Shown: in pieces, positions 1 to 9,697 of the stretch | How positions within the stretch are numbered: the first letter of the stretch is position 1 | Layout: the number at the start of each line of letters is the position of its first letter | From: Pseudonocardiaceae bacterium | GTDB lineage: Bacteria > Actinomycetota > Actinomycetes > Mycobacteriales > Pseudonocardiaceae | Direction: 5' to 3' | Length of the DNA: 64,000 nucleotides | NCBI GenBank assembly: GCA_035551355.1 | Contig: DASZNF010000053.1 | Span: forward strand, 7,129-71,128 | Made by a program: the position numbers and the translations under genes | The notes under the pieces: generated by a model | The model's input: only the letters and a program-made list of their open reading frames with translations | The model's database searches: none | Told to the model about the DNA's origin: nothing

Positions 1-2972
1 TGGATCTGGTGTTCACCGACGGCACCCGGCTGAGCCAACTGCCCGCGACCGATCAGAACGGCGTGCCGGTCACCGCCGCCGGGCAGGGTGCGGCCAAGAC
101 GCTGCACACCGGGCAGTGGAACCAGGTCAGCGTCGACCTGGGCGCGGTCGCGGCCGGAAAGACCATCCAGCGGGTCCTGCTGACCTGGGCCGGACCGGGC
201 GGGCCGGCGCACTTCTCCGGCTGGATCGACGACATCGCCATCGCCGACGCCCCCGCAGGTTCGTGTGCCGGGCAGAGCCTGACCAACTGCGTGGTGACCA
301 CCCGTGGCACCAACTCCTCCGGTGACTACTCGCGCGGCGCCACCATCCCCGCCGCCGCGCTGCCGCACGGCTTCAACTTCTGGACCCCGGTCACGGACGC
401 GTCCTCAACCACCACGATCTACCAGTACGCCAGCGACAACACCCCGGCGGGACGGCCGGAGATCCAGGCGTTCTCGGTCAGCCACGAGGCCAGTCCGTGG
501 GTGCAGGACCACCAGACCTTCCAGGTCATGCCGTCCACTTCGGACACTCCGGCCACGGCCGACCGGACGGCGCGCGAGCTGACCTTCAGCCACGACAACG
601 AGTCGGCCCGCCCGGACCAGTACGCCGTCACGTTCGACAACGGACTGAACGTCAAGATGACACCCACCGATCACGCCGCGGTGTTCCAGTTCCGGTTCCC
701 GGCGGGCGGCGACAGCCTGATCTTCGACAACATCAACGGCAACACCGGCATCACGATCGACCCGGCGACCGGGGTCGTCTCCGGCTACTCCGACGTCAGT
801 GGTTTCTGGGGCGCACCCAGGATGTTCGTCTACGCCACGTTCGACCGGCCGATGACCGGCACCGGCCCGCTCGCCGGGGGCAGCGGGAAGGCGTCGTACG
901 CGGGTTTCGCCCTCGGCGCCGACCGCACGCTGACCATGCGGATCGCCACCTCGTTCCTCGGCGTCGACCAGGCAGGGCACAACCTGGAACTGGAGGTCGG
1001 CAACCAGACCTACGACCAAGTGCACGCCACGGCGCAGCGGGTCTGGAACCGGCAGCTGGGCGTGATCACCGTGGACGGCGCGCCCGAGGACCAGCTGGAA
1101 TCGTTGTACTCCAGCCTCTACCGGCTCAACCTGTACCCGGACGAATTGGCCGAGAACACCGGCACCGCCGGCCGCCCGGTCTACCAGTACGCCAGCCCCT
1201 ACGCTCCGGCCACCGGGACGAACACGCCGACCACGACCGGCTCGGCGATCAAGACCGGCCAGCCCTACGCCAACGAGGGCTTCTGGGACACCTACCGCAG
1301 CGAATGGTCGCTGGACTCACTGCTGTACCCGACGCTGACCGGGAAGATGATCGACGGGTTCGTGCAGCAGTACCGGGACAGCGGCTGGGTCGGGCAGTGG
1401 ACCTCACCCGGCTATCTCGGCTTCAGCGGCACCAGTTCCGATGTGGCCATCGCCGACGCCTACCTGCGCGGTGTCACTGATTTCGACGTGGCCGACGCCT
1501 ACGAGGCCGCGACAAGGGACGCGATGTCGCCCTCCAGCGGCCTGAACGGACGACCCGACGTGCAACAGACGACGTTCCTGGGCTACACCCCGTCCGACAC
1601 CGGCTCCAGTGCCTCGGCCTCGCTGGAGGACTGGATCGCCGACTACGGCATCGCGCAGATGTCGCTGAAGCTCTACCAGACGAGCAAACCGAACGACCCG
1701 AAGCGCCAGGAGTACCTGGCCAACTACCACTACTTCCTCGACCGCTCCACGAACTACGCGAACCTCTTCGATCCGCAGACCGGCTTCTTCCAGCCCAAGA
1801 CCGCGACCGGCCAGTGGGCGGAAGCGGCCGGCGCCTACGATCCGCTGAACTGGAACGCGACCGACTACACCGAGGGCGACGGCTGGACGTACGCGTTCTC
1901 CGTGCCCGAGGACGGCGCCGGCCTGGCCGCGCTCTACGGCGGCCGGGCGGGGCTGGACAACAAGCTCGACCAGTTCTTCTCGACCCGGGAAACCGCGCAG
2001 TACGGCGGGGCGTTCGGCGGGGCGTACCACGAAATGTTCGAAAGCCGCGACGACCAGTTCGGCCAGTGGGCGTTCAACGACCAGCCGTCGATGCACGTGG
2101 CCTACATGTACGACTACGTGGGCCAGCCGGCGAAGACCGCCGCACTGGTCCGGGCGGCCGAGGCGCGGTCGTTCACCGGCAGCGACATCGGGCAGGGCTA
2201 TCCGGGCGACGAGGACAACGGCTCCATGTCGGCCTTCTACCTGACCAACGCGCTGGGCTTCTATCCCTTGCAGAGCGGCTCGCCGACGTTCGCGATCGGG
2301 TCCCCGCTCTACGACCGGGCCACGATCCACCTGGAGAACGGGCGGACGATGGTGATCACCGCGCACGGCAACTCGGCGCGCAATGTCTACGTGCAGTCGA
2401 TGAGCCTCAACGGGCACCCGGTGAAGCAGACCTGGGTGACCAACGACGACCTCGCCCGCGGCGGCCGGGTCGACTTCGTGATGGGGCCGCGCCCCTCGGC
2501 CTGGGGCACCGCGCCGCAGGACGCACCGCCGTCGGTGTCAGGCCCGGGTGGGCCGGACCCGCAGCACGACTTCACCGGACCCGGCCTCGGCACGGTGACG
2601 GCCTCCGGCGGCGCAGACGCGAACGCGTTGGTGGACAACACTTCCGCCACCGTGGCCACCCTGCCCGCGAGCGGCGGCAGCATCGGCTACACGTTCCCGG
2701 CGGCGCACGACGTCGAGCAGTACACCGTGACCTCGGGGCCGGCCGCCGGCGCCGATCCGGCGTCGTGGACCCTGCTCGGTTCGGCCGACGGCGCCCACTG
2801 GACCGTGCTCGACCAGCGTCAGGACCAGAGCTTCGCCTGGCGCGGTGAGACCGAGGTGTTCACCCCGGCCCGGACGAACACGGCCTACCGGTACTTCCGG
2901 CTGGACGTCACCGCGCAGCCGGGCGCGCCGAACACGTCGATCGCCGAGATCGAGTTGCTCGGCCACCACTGA
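1..2972 (+). CDS. GH92-family alpha-mannosidase-like secreted glycosidase with C-terminal F5/8 type C (discoidin) domain; 5' end truncated by the window edge
   Basis: The frame is open from the window start. GH92-like motifs GFNFWTP, YQYASDN and SHEASPW are present. The C-terminal about 150 aa look like a discoidin/CBM32 domain (WTLLGSADGAHWTVLD...YRYFRLDV). GC3 is high. Confidence 0.8.
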   Translation, partial: DLVFTDGTRLSQLPATDQNGVPVTAAGQGAAKTLHTGQWNQVSVDLGAVAAGKTIQRVLLTWAGPGGPAHFSGWIDDIAIADAPAGSCAGQSLTNCVVTTRGTNSSGDYSRGATIPAAALPHGFNFWTPVTDASSTTTIYQYASDNTPAGRPEIQAFSVSHEASPWVQDHQTFQVMPSTSDTPATADRTARELTFSHDNESARPDQYAVTFDNGLNVKMTPTDHAAVFQFRFPAGGDSLIFDNINGNTGITIDPATGVVSGYSDVSGFWGAPRMFVYATFDRPMTGTGPLAGGSGKASYAGFALGADRTLTMRIATSFLGVDQAGHNLELEVGNQTYDQVHATAQRVWNRQLGVITVDGAPEDQLESLYSSLYRLNLYPDELAENTGTAGRPVYQYASPYAPATGTNTPTTTGSAIKTGQPYANEGFWDTYRSEWSLDSLLYPTLTGKMIDGFVQQYRDSGWVGQWTSPGYLGFSGTSSDVAIADAYLRGVTDFDVADAYEAATRDAMSPSSGLNGRPDVQQTTFLGYTPSDTGSSASASLEDWIADYGIAQMSLKLYQTSKPNDPKRQEYLANYHYFLDRSTNYANLFDPQTGFFQPKTATGQWAEAAGAYDPLNWNATDYTEGDGWTYAFSVPEDGAGLAALYGGRAGLDNKLDQFFSTRETAQYGGAFGGAYHEMFESRDDQFGQWAFNDQPSMHVAYMYDYVGQPAKTAALVRAAEARSFTGSDIGQGYPGDEDNGSMSAFYLTNALGFYPLQSGSPTFAIGSPLYDRATIHLENGRTMVITAHGNSARNVYVQSMSLNGHPVKQTWVTNDDLARGGRVDFVMGPRPSAWGTAPQDAPPSVSGPGGPDPQHDFTGPGLGTVTASGGADANALVDNTSATVATLPASGGSIGYTFPAAHDVEQYTVTSGPAAGADPASWTLLGSADGAHWTVLDQRQDQSFAWRGETEVFTPARTNTAYRYFRLDVTAQPGAPNTSIAEIELLGHH

Positions 2973-3042
2973 TCACGGCCGAGAAGTGATCCCCTGGCCT
3001 GGGAAATGTTTCCCGGCGGCCCGGAATGGATATGTTCCGGAG

Positions 3043-4263
3043 GTGGACGGGTGGCGCTGCGCGGACGACAGCCTGATCGGCGGTCGTTACCAGGTGGGAG
3101 CGCTGGTCGGCAGTGGCGCGGTGGCGCACGTCTACCGGGCGCTGGACGTGCTGATGGACCGGCCGGTCGCGATCAAGATCTTCCGCATCGACCCGGATCC
3201 GGTGACCCACGGCCGATTCCGGCACGAGGCGGCCGCGCTGTCCCGCCTGTCCCACCCCGGCCTGGTCTCCGTACTCGACGCCGGGGTGCACGAGGAACGT
3301 CCGTACCTGGTGCTGCGGCTGATCGACCACGACACGCTGGGCAACCGGCTGGCGCGGTACGGCCCGCTGACGCCGGCGGACACCGCCGAACTCGGCGCGG
3401 GCCTGGCCGCCGCCGTGGCCCACGTGCACCTGCACCGAATCGTGCATCGCGACATCAAACCGGCGAACATCCTGCTGGACCATGAGCAGGTGCCCTACCT
3501 GGCCGACTTCGGCGTCGCGCTGTTGTCCGACCGCACCCGGCTGACCGCCAGCAACGAGATGATCGGCACCGCCGCCTACCTCGCCCCGGAACAGGTGCTC
3601 GGCGAGCCGATCACCCCGGCCATCGACGTCTACGCGCTCGGCCTTGTGTTGCTGGAATGCCTGACCGGCCACCTGGAGTACGGCGGCGGGGCCCCGGTGG
3701 AGGCGGCCATCGCCCGGCTGCACCGCCAGCCCGCGGTGCCGGTGTCCACCCCGGGCCCGCTGGCCGAGCTGCTGGGCGCGATGACCGCCCGCGACCCGGC
3801 CGACCGGCCCACCGCCGCCGACTGCGCACACCGGCTGGCCAACCTGGCCCCGGCCCGACCGGTGGTGCTGACCGCGACCGTGCCAGCCGCGGCTACCACC
3901 CGCCCGGTCGCCCGGATCTTCCGGGGCAGACGGATCGTGGTGGCCGGACTGGGCGCGGTCGCGGTGCTGTGCGCGGTGATCACCAGCCTTGCCTCCACCA
4001 CCAGCACCCCCGGCTCCCCCACCGTCGCCCAGCTGCCGACCCACTCCGCGCCGCCGGCCACCACGAGCTCGTCCAGCACCGCGCCGGTGGTCCGGGCCAC
4101 CGCGGTGCAGGCCCCCGCTCCGACCGAGCCGGAACACGGCAAGGACACGGGGAATCCCGCCCCGGCCGGACCGGGACCCACGCCGGGCAACGGAAACGGC
4201 AATGGCAACGGCAACGGCCCCAGTGGCAACAGCGGCAACGGAAACGGCCACGGCAAGCCCTGA
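3043..4263 (+). CDS. Ser/Thr protein kinase with Pro-rich linker, one TM segment and a Gly-Asn repeat tail
   Basis: Hanks kinase motifs are present: GSGAVAHVY, AIK, HRDIKPANILL, DFG, APE. The start is set at the in-frame GTG at 3043 just before the kinase core, but it is uncertain. Confidence 0.85.
   Translation: MDGWRCADDSLIGGRYQVGALVGSGAVAHVYRALDVLMDRPVAIKIFRIDPDPVTHGRFRHEAAALSRLSHPGLVSVLDAGVHEERPYLVLRLIDHDTLGNRLARYGPLTPADTAELGAGLAAAVAHVHLHRIVHRDIKPANILLDHEQVPYLADFGVALLSDRTRLTASNEMIGTAAYLAPEQVLGEPITPAIDVYALGLVLLECLTGHLEYGGGAPVEAAIARLHRQPAVPVSTPGPLAELLGAMTARDPADRPTAADCAHRLANLAPARPVVLTATVPAAATTRPVARIFRGRRIVVAGLGAVAVLCAVITSLASTTSTPGSPTVAQLPTHSAPPATTSSSSTAPVVRATAVQAPAPTEPEHGKDTGNPAPAGPGPTPGNGNGNGNGNGPSGNSGNGNGHGKP
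4186..4254 (+). repeat. Imperfect hexanucleotide (GGCAAC)n repeat encoding GNGNGNGNGNGPSGNSGNGNGHG at the kinase C-terminus
   Basis: Read directly: ggcaacggaaacggcaatggcaacggcaacggc...ggcaacggaaacggc. Confidence 0.9.
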
Positions 4264-4366
4264 GCCGCGGCTTGACGACCGGCCGAAGGTGATCTCCCTC
4301 GACCGGAGGTGAGTGATCCGCCATCCGGGGGTACCCCTAGTGTGACGTCCCGATGAGGGACAGGGG

Positions 4367-5542
4367 GTGAGCCGGATGTTCGCCTGGCTGGACGGCTTCC
4401 AGCGGCGCCGCCGCTGGGCGGCGATGACGGTCGCCGTGCTCTACAAGTTCGTCGACGACCAGGGCTACTACCTGGCGGCCCTGTTGAGCTACTACGGTTT
4501 CCTGTCCCTGTTCCCGCTGTTGTTGTTGCTGGTCACCGGGCTTGGCTTTCTGCTGCAGAGCAATGCCGCGCTGCAACAGGAGATCGTGCACTCCACGGTC
4601 ACCGAGTTCCCGGTCATCGGGCAGCAGATCATCACCAACGTGCACACCCTGCACGGCAGCGTGGCCGCGGTGGTGATCGGCGGGGTGATCAGCGTGTTCG
4701 GCGGCCTGAGCGTGGCCAACGTCGGGCAGACCGTGATGAACAAGCTCTGGGCGGTGCCCCGGGTGCGCAGGCCCAACCCGCTGGTCATGTACCTGCGCAG
4801 CGTGCTGTTGCTGCTCACCCTGGGGATCGGCGTGCTGCTGACCACCGCGCTGTCCTGGCTGACCACCGCGGCCACCGGGATGGTGCCCTCGATGATCGAC
4901 GTGCCGGCCCGGATCGGCGCGGTCGCGGCCGGGGTGGCGCTGAACATGGGGCTGTTCCTGCTCGGCTTCCGGGTGCTCACCGCGCGCCGGGTCACCATGA
5001 AACAGCTGCGCGCGGGTGCGCTGGCCGCGGCGGTGGCGTGGCAGGCACTACAGGAGGCAGGCACCTACCTGGTCGGCCACGAGTTGCGCGGCACCAGCGC
5101 CAGCTACGGGCTGTTCGGCATCGTGCTGGGCCTGATGGCCTGGCTGTACCTCGGCTCGCTGATCGTGGTGATCTGCGCCGAGATCAATCCGGTGCGGGCC
5201 AACCACTTGTGGCCACGCAGTCTGCTGGTTCCCTTTGACGCCAAGGCACCGCTCACCCGGGCCGACGAACGGGCCTACGCCTCCTACGCCACCACCGAAC
5301 AACTCGCGGACGGCGAACGGATCGCGGTGCGATTCCGGCGGCCGGACCCGGAATCCGAAAAATCGAATTCCACGGAAATCGAGGAGCAGAAAACCGAAGC
5401 GGCGGAGAAAGCCGATCAGAAACTGGCCGATGAACCACGGAAAACCGGTGCCGGGCCGGAAGCTGTTGTGCCGCAACAACAGTCCGGCCCGGCACCGGGC
5501 GAGGCCCGCGGCGACGCCGGCAGTCTGCCCGGCGTGCGCTGA
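4367..5542 (+). CDS. YihY/BrkB family membrane protein with an acidic/Lys-rich C-terminal tail
   Basis: The N-terminal region LAALLSYYGFLSLFPLLLLLV and the multi-TM profile are typical of the YihY family. An alternative ATG start lies at 4376. Confidence 0.8.
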   Translation: MSRMFAWLDGFQRRRRWAAMTVAVLYKFVDDQGYYLAALLSYYGFLSLFPLLLLLVTGLGFLLQSNAALQQEIVHSTVTEFPVIGQQIITNVHTLHGSVAAVVIGGVISVFGGLSVANVGQTVMNKLWAVPRVRRPNPLVMYLRSVLLLLTLGIGVLLTTALSWLTTAATGMVPSMIDVPARIGAVAAGVALNMGLFLLGFRVLTARRVTMKQLRAGALAAAVAWQALQEAGTYLVGHELRGTSASYGLFGIVLGLMAWLYLGSLIVVICAEINPVRANHLWPRSLLVPFDAKAPLTRADERAYASYATTEQLADGERIAVRFRRPDPESEKSNSTEIEEQKTEAAEKADQKLADEPRKTGAGPEAVVPQQQSGPAPGEARGDAGSLPGVR

Positions 5543-5582
5543 TCCGCCTCGCTCGCGGCGATGGGACCCTGAGTTTGCCCTC

Positions 5583-5840
5583 TCAGGCGGCGAGCGCCGT
5601 GCGCCCGGCGGGGGTTACCACTACCCGTCGGTAGGCCGGACCGCGCTGGGGCACGACCGAAATCAGGCCGCGATAAACCAGCTGGTCCAACACCTCCGTC
5701 TCAGCAGGCGACACCAGACCCGCCTCCATCCCATCGCTGCCACACCACCGGTATCCGGCCGGCCCTCCCCAAAGGCCGGTGTGAAACAGCAGTCTTCCTT
5801 GGGCTGCGTAGGTCAGTAAGCGACCACGCTGCTCGACCAT
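5583..5840 (-). CDS. Hypothetical small protein (85 aa)
   Basis: The ATG at 5840 is preceded by GGGAGG. GC3 is high. It is divergent from dinB. I recognise no family. Confidence 0.5.
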   Translation of the reverse strand: MVEQRGRLLTYAAQGRLLFHTGLWGGPAGYRWCGSDGMEAGLVSPAETEVLDQLVYRGLISVVPQRGPAYRRVVVTPAGRTALAA

Positions 5841-5971
5841 CTCGCACCTCCCGAAATTCCCCTCAGGTGCCAACTGTGCCGTACGCCCTCCACGCAGACA
5901 TCGGTTGAACGACGTACGTAGGTACGTAACGCGACCCCGAATAGTTCGCGGGGACATGCGTACCTCCACGG

Positions 5972-7021
5972 GTGATACTGGATTTCGTGTCAGCCGACAA
6001 CTGGGTTTTGCACGTCGATCTCGACCAGTTCATCGCCGCGGTCGAGGTGGCGCGGCACCCGGAGCTGCGCGGACGCCCGGTCGTGGTGGGCGGCAACGGT
6101 GATCCCACCGAGCGAGCGGTGGTCGCGACCGCTTCCTACGAGGCTCGGGAATTCGGCATCCGGTCCGGAATGCCGTTGCGTACCGCCGCGAAACGCTGTC
6201 CGGACGCGGTGTTCCTGGCCTCCGACGCACCGGCCTACGAGGAGGTGTCCGAGCGGGTGATGGCCGTGCTGCGCACCCTGCCGGTGGTGGTGGAGGTGAT
6301 CGGCTGGGACGAGGCGTTCCTGGGCGCGCGGACCGACGACCCGCAGGCGCTGGCCGAGCGGGTGCGCGAAACCGTGGCCGCCGCGACCGGGTTGTCCTGC
6401 TCGGTGGGCATCGGCGACAACAAGCTGCGCGCGAAACTGGCCACCGGATTCGGCAAACCGGCCGGGATCTACCGGCTGACCCGGGACAACTGGGTCGCGG
6501 TGATGGCCGGGCTGCCGACCGACGCGTTGTGGGGCATCGGCGCGCGCACGGCGAAGAAACTGGCCGAGGCCGGCTTGGCCACGGTCGCCGACCTGGCCCG
6601 GGCCGACCCGGCGACGCTGGCCCAGCGGTTCGGGCCGAACCTGGGGCCGTGGTACCGGAATCTGGCGCTGGGCGCGGGCGACCCGACCGTCTCCGCGACC
6701 CCGTACGTGCCCCGTTCCCGGGGCCGGGAGACCACGTTCCAGCACAACCTCACCGATCCGGCCGAGGTCCGGGACTCGGTGGCCGCGCTGGCCGAGCGGG
6801 TGGCCGCGGACGTGGTGGCCGAGGGCAGGCCGGCGGCCCGGGTCGGGGTCAAGGTGCGCTACGCCCCGTTCATCACCCAGTCGCACAGCCTGACCCTGCC
6901 CGAGCCGACCAGCGACGCCGCCGGCATCCGCGCCGCCGCCCTGCAGTTGCTGGACCGGTTCGACACCGGCCGGCCGATCCGCCTGCTCGGGGTGCGCGCC
7001 GAGTTCCCGGTCGAGCAGTGA
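5972..7021 (+). CDS. dinB: DNA polymerase IV (Y-family)
   Basis: The N-terminus VLHVDLDQFIAAVE, the SYEAREFGIRSGMP motif and the overall length are typical of DinB. The exact start is uncertain (GTG 5972 or GTG 5987). Confidence 0.9.
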   Translation: MILDFVSADNWVLHVDLDQFIAAVEVARHPELRGRPVVVGGNGDPTERAVVATASYEAREFGIRSGMPLRTAAKRCPDAVFLASDAPAYEEVSERVMAVLRTLPVVVEVIGWDEAFLGARTDDPQALAERVRETVAAATGLSCSVGIGDNKLRAKLATGFGKPAGIYRLTRDNWVAVMAGLPTDALWGIGARTAKKLAEAGLATVADLARADPATLAQRFGPNLGPWYRNLALGAGDPTVSATPYVPRSRGRETTFQHNLTDPAEVRDSVAALAERVAADVVAEGRPAARVGVKVRYAPFITQSHSLTLPEPTSDAAGIRAAALQLLDRFDTGRPIRLLGVRAEFPVEQ

Positions 7022-7098
7022 CGACGCCAGCCACTCTTATGGCTGATTTTCCCGGCCTCCCCCGCGCCTGCCCGGGCAACTGGTGGTCCACTCAGGAC

Positions 7099-7530
7099 AT
7101 GAGCAGAACCTCGTCGCGGCTCGTCACCGCCGCGCTCGTACTCATCCTGGGCTGCCTGACCCTCTCGGCCGTCTCGGCGGACGCCAGCCCACTCGGCAAG
7201 CACCACGTCAAACTCTCGGCCGGGCCGGTCAAGTCCCGGGTGCACAAAGGGGACCAGGTCCGGATCCATGGCCACATGGCCAGCGCGCCGGACACCACCG
7301 GGCGGGCCCTGATGGCCGCCACGGACACCTCGGCCACCCTCTACCTGCAGGAAGAGACCCAGGCCGGGGTCTGGGTGAACCTGGCCGACACCAACTGCCG
7401 ACCGGACAACGACTTCGACATCGGCTTGCGGCTCAACGTGTCGGCCACCCTGAGCCTGCGGGTCTTCGCCCCGGAGACGGCCCTCTACGCGTCGGCCACG
7501 TCCTCGGTGTTCGCCCTGGTCGTGCTCTGA
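7099..7530 (+). CDS. Secreted hypothetical protein (143 aa, signal peptide)
   Basis: ATG at 7099. The N-terminus MSRTSSRLVTAALVLILGCLTLSAVSADA looks like a Sec signal peptide. GC3 is high. Confidence 0.55.
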   Translation: MSRTSSRLVTAALVLILGCLTLSAVSADASPLGKHHVKLSAGPVKSRVHKGDQVRIHGHMASAPDTTGRALMAATDTSATLYLQEETQAGVWVNLADTNCRPDNDFDIGLRLNVSATLSLRVFAPETALYASATSSVFALVVL

Positions 7531-8537
7531 TCGTCGACCTGCTTGGCCCGGCTGGGCGCGACGCGCGGGGGTTCGTTGGGCTGCTTGGGATACACCGGCG
7601 GCCAGGGCGCGTCCATCAGCCCGCGGTCCATGTCCCGCTTCGACATCTCCAGCAGCGGTTCGATGGTCTGCGGCTCGGTCGCCTTGGCCGCCCACGGATC
7701 GCCCTGCGCCACCCGGCCGGGCACGGTTTCCAACGTCAGCGATTCAGGTTCGACCGATTCCAGTTCGGCCCAGGCGATCGGCGTGGACACCTGCCCGCCC
7801 ACCCGCGGTCGCACGCACCACGCGCCGAACACGGTCTTGTGCGGCGCGTTCTGGTTGAAGTCGACGAAAACGCGCGCCCCGCGTTCTTCCTTCCACCACT
7901 GGGCGGTGATCAGGTCCGGATGTCTGCGCTCCAGCGCCCGGGCCAGGGCGACCGCGGCGGCCCGCACCTGGTAGGCGTCCCAGCGGGCGTGCAGGCCGAC
8001 GTAGATGTGCAGGCCGCGCGAGCCGGAGGTCTTCAGGTGGGCCTGGATGCCGTGCTCGGCCAGGAAATCCCGGACCAGTCCGGCCGCCTCGCGCACCTGC
8101 GGGAAACCGATGCCGGGCGAGGGGTCCAGGTCGACCCGCAGCTCGTCCACGATCTCCGGGTCACTCGCGCGCACCGGCCACACGTGGAACCCGATGCAGC
8201 CCAGGTTCACCGCCCACACCACGTGGGCCAGATCGGCGGCGACCAGCGCGTCGCTGGTGGTGCCGTTGGGCGTGGACAGTTCGACCGTGTGCAGCCAGGT
8301 TGGCGCGGATTTGGGCACCCGCTTCTGGAAGAACGACTTGCCGCCGGCCCCGCCCGGATAACGCTCCATCAGCAGCGGCCGCCCGCCCAGCGCGGCCATG
8401 AGCGGCTCGGACACCGATTGGTAGTAGCGCACCAGGTCCAGTTTGGTCAGTCCGCTCTTGGTGAAGAACACCTTGTCCGGATGGGAAATCGTCACTTGCG
8501 TGCCGTCCACGTCGAGCGTGCGCGACTCGTCGGTCAT
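7485..8537 (-). CDS. LigD polymerase-domain-like primase-polymerase (stand-alone, Prim-PolC/PolD type)
   Basis: Typical LigD Pol domain motifs: ISHPDKVFF, LVRYYQSV, FFQKRVP, DLDP, KTSGSRGLHIYV, VFVDFNQN. The ATG at 8537 overlaps the ligase stop (ATGA). Confidence 0.85.
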   Translation of the reverse strand: MTDESRTLDVDGTQVTISHPDKVFFTKSGLTKLDLVRYYQSVSEPLMAALGGRPLLMERYPGGAGGKSFFQKRVPKSAPTWLHTVELSTPNGTTSDALVAADLAHVVWAVNLGCIGFHVWPVRASDPEIVDELRVDLDPSPGIGFPQVREAAGLVRDFLAEHGIQAHLKTSGSRGLHIYVGLHARWDAYQVRAAAVALARALERRHPDLITAQWWKEERGARVFVDFNQNAPHKTVFGAWCVRPRVGGQVSTPIAWAELESVEPESLTLETVPGRVAQGDPWAAKATEPQTIEPLLEMSKRDMDRGLMDAPWPPVYPKQPNEPPRVAPSRAKQVDDQSTTRANTEDVADA

Positions 8538-9613
8538 GCCTTCGCCTCCGTGCCGAACAGGGTGGCCAGTTCGGCCGGTGGGACCTCGTCCAATTGGGCG
8601 TAGCGGCAGGAGTCGGGTTCGCGGTCGGGGCGGAACCTGGACAGCCGGGCGGTATGCCGGAACCGGCCGCTCTGCAGGTGTTCGTAGCGCACCTCGGCCA
8701 CCCGCTCGACCCGCAACGGCTCCCAGGACAGGTTCTTGCCCGCGTTCCACCGGCTGATCGCGCCGGGCATCCGGCCGCCCGCCTCGGCCTGCGCGTCGGC
8801 CCAGGCCCGCCACGGGTGCCCGGCCAGGGCGTTCTCGCGGAGCGGAGCCAGATCCTCGACGAGTTGGGTGCGCAGTTTGGCGGCGAAGCTGCTGGCCACC
8901 CCGACATGGTGCAGCACGCCCTCGTCGTCGTACAGGCCCAGCAGCAGCGAGCCGACCCCGACACCGTCCTTGTGCCAGCGGAAGCCGGCCACCACGCAGT
9001 CCGCGGTGCGCTCGTGCTTGACCTTCCACATCACCCGTTTGTCCTGCTGGTAGGGCAGATCAACGGGTTTGGCCATCACACCGTCGAATCCGGCGCCCTC
9101 GAACCGGGTGAACCAGTCCTGCGCCACGTCCGGATCGTCGGTGAGCGGAGTCAGGTGCACCCGGCCGAAGTCTCCGGAGAGCAGCTTCTCCAGTTCCCGG
9201 CGGCGGGTGGCGAAGGACTCCCCGGTCAGGTCGCGATCCTCCAGGGCCAGCAGGTCGAAGGCGACGAAACTGGCCGGGGTCTCGGCGGCCAGTTTGCGCA
9301 CCCGGGAGGCGGCCGGGTGCAGCCGCAGTTGCAGGGTGTCGAAGTCCAGGCCGGCGCCGGTGACCACGACGATCTCGCCGTCCACCACGCAGCGCGGCGG
9401 CAACGCCTCCCGCAACAACTCGACAAGCTCGGGAAAGTACCTGGTCAGCGGCCGGTCGTTGCGCGAGCCGAGTTCCACGTCCGCGCCGTCGCGGAACACC
9501 ACACACCGGAAGCCGTCCCACTTCGGCTCGTAGCTCAGCCCGGGCGCGCGGGGCACCTCGTGCACGGCCTTGGCCAGCATGGGACGGACCGGTGGCATCA
9601 CGGGTAGGTCCAC
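8534..9613 (-). CDS. ligC: ATP-dependent DNA ligase, LigC type
   Basis: Contains the adenylation motif I YEPKWDGFR. At 359 aa it is ligase-only in length, and an OB-fold region follows. Confidence 0.9.
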   Translation of the reverse strand: MDLPVMPPVRPMLAKAVHEVPRAPGLSYEPKWDGFRCVVFRDGADVELGSRNDRPLTRYFPELVELLREALPPRCVVDGEIVVVTGAGLDFDTLQLRLHPAASRVRKLAAETPASFVAFDLLALEDRDLTGESFATRRRELEKLLSGDFGRVHLTPLTDDPDVAQDWFTRFEGAGFDGVMAKPVDLPYQQDKRVMWKVKHERTADCVVAGFRWHKDGVGVGSLLLGLYDDEGVLHHVGVASSFAAKLRTQLVEDLAPLRENALAGHPWRAWADAQAEAGGRMPGAISRWNAGKNLSWEPLRVERVAEVRYEHLQSGRFRHTARLSRFRPDREPDSCRYAQLDEVPPAELATLFGTEAKA

Positions 9614-9697
9614 GAGCCGACTCTAGGACGCGACACCGACGGACACCCGGTGAAAGGGCAGGTCACCACCGGAGGCGACCTGCCCGATCACCGATGG

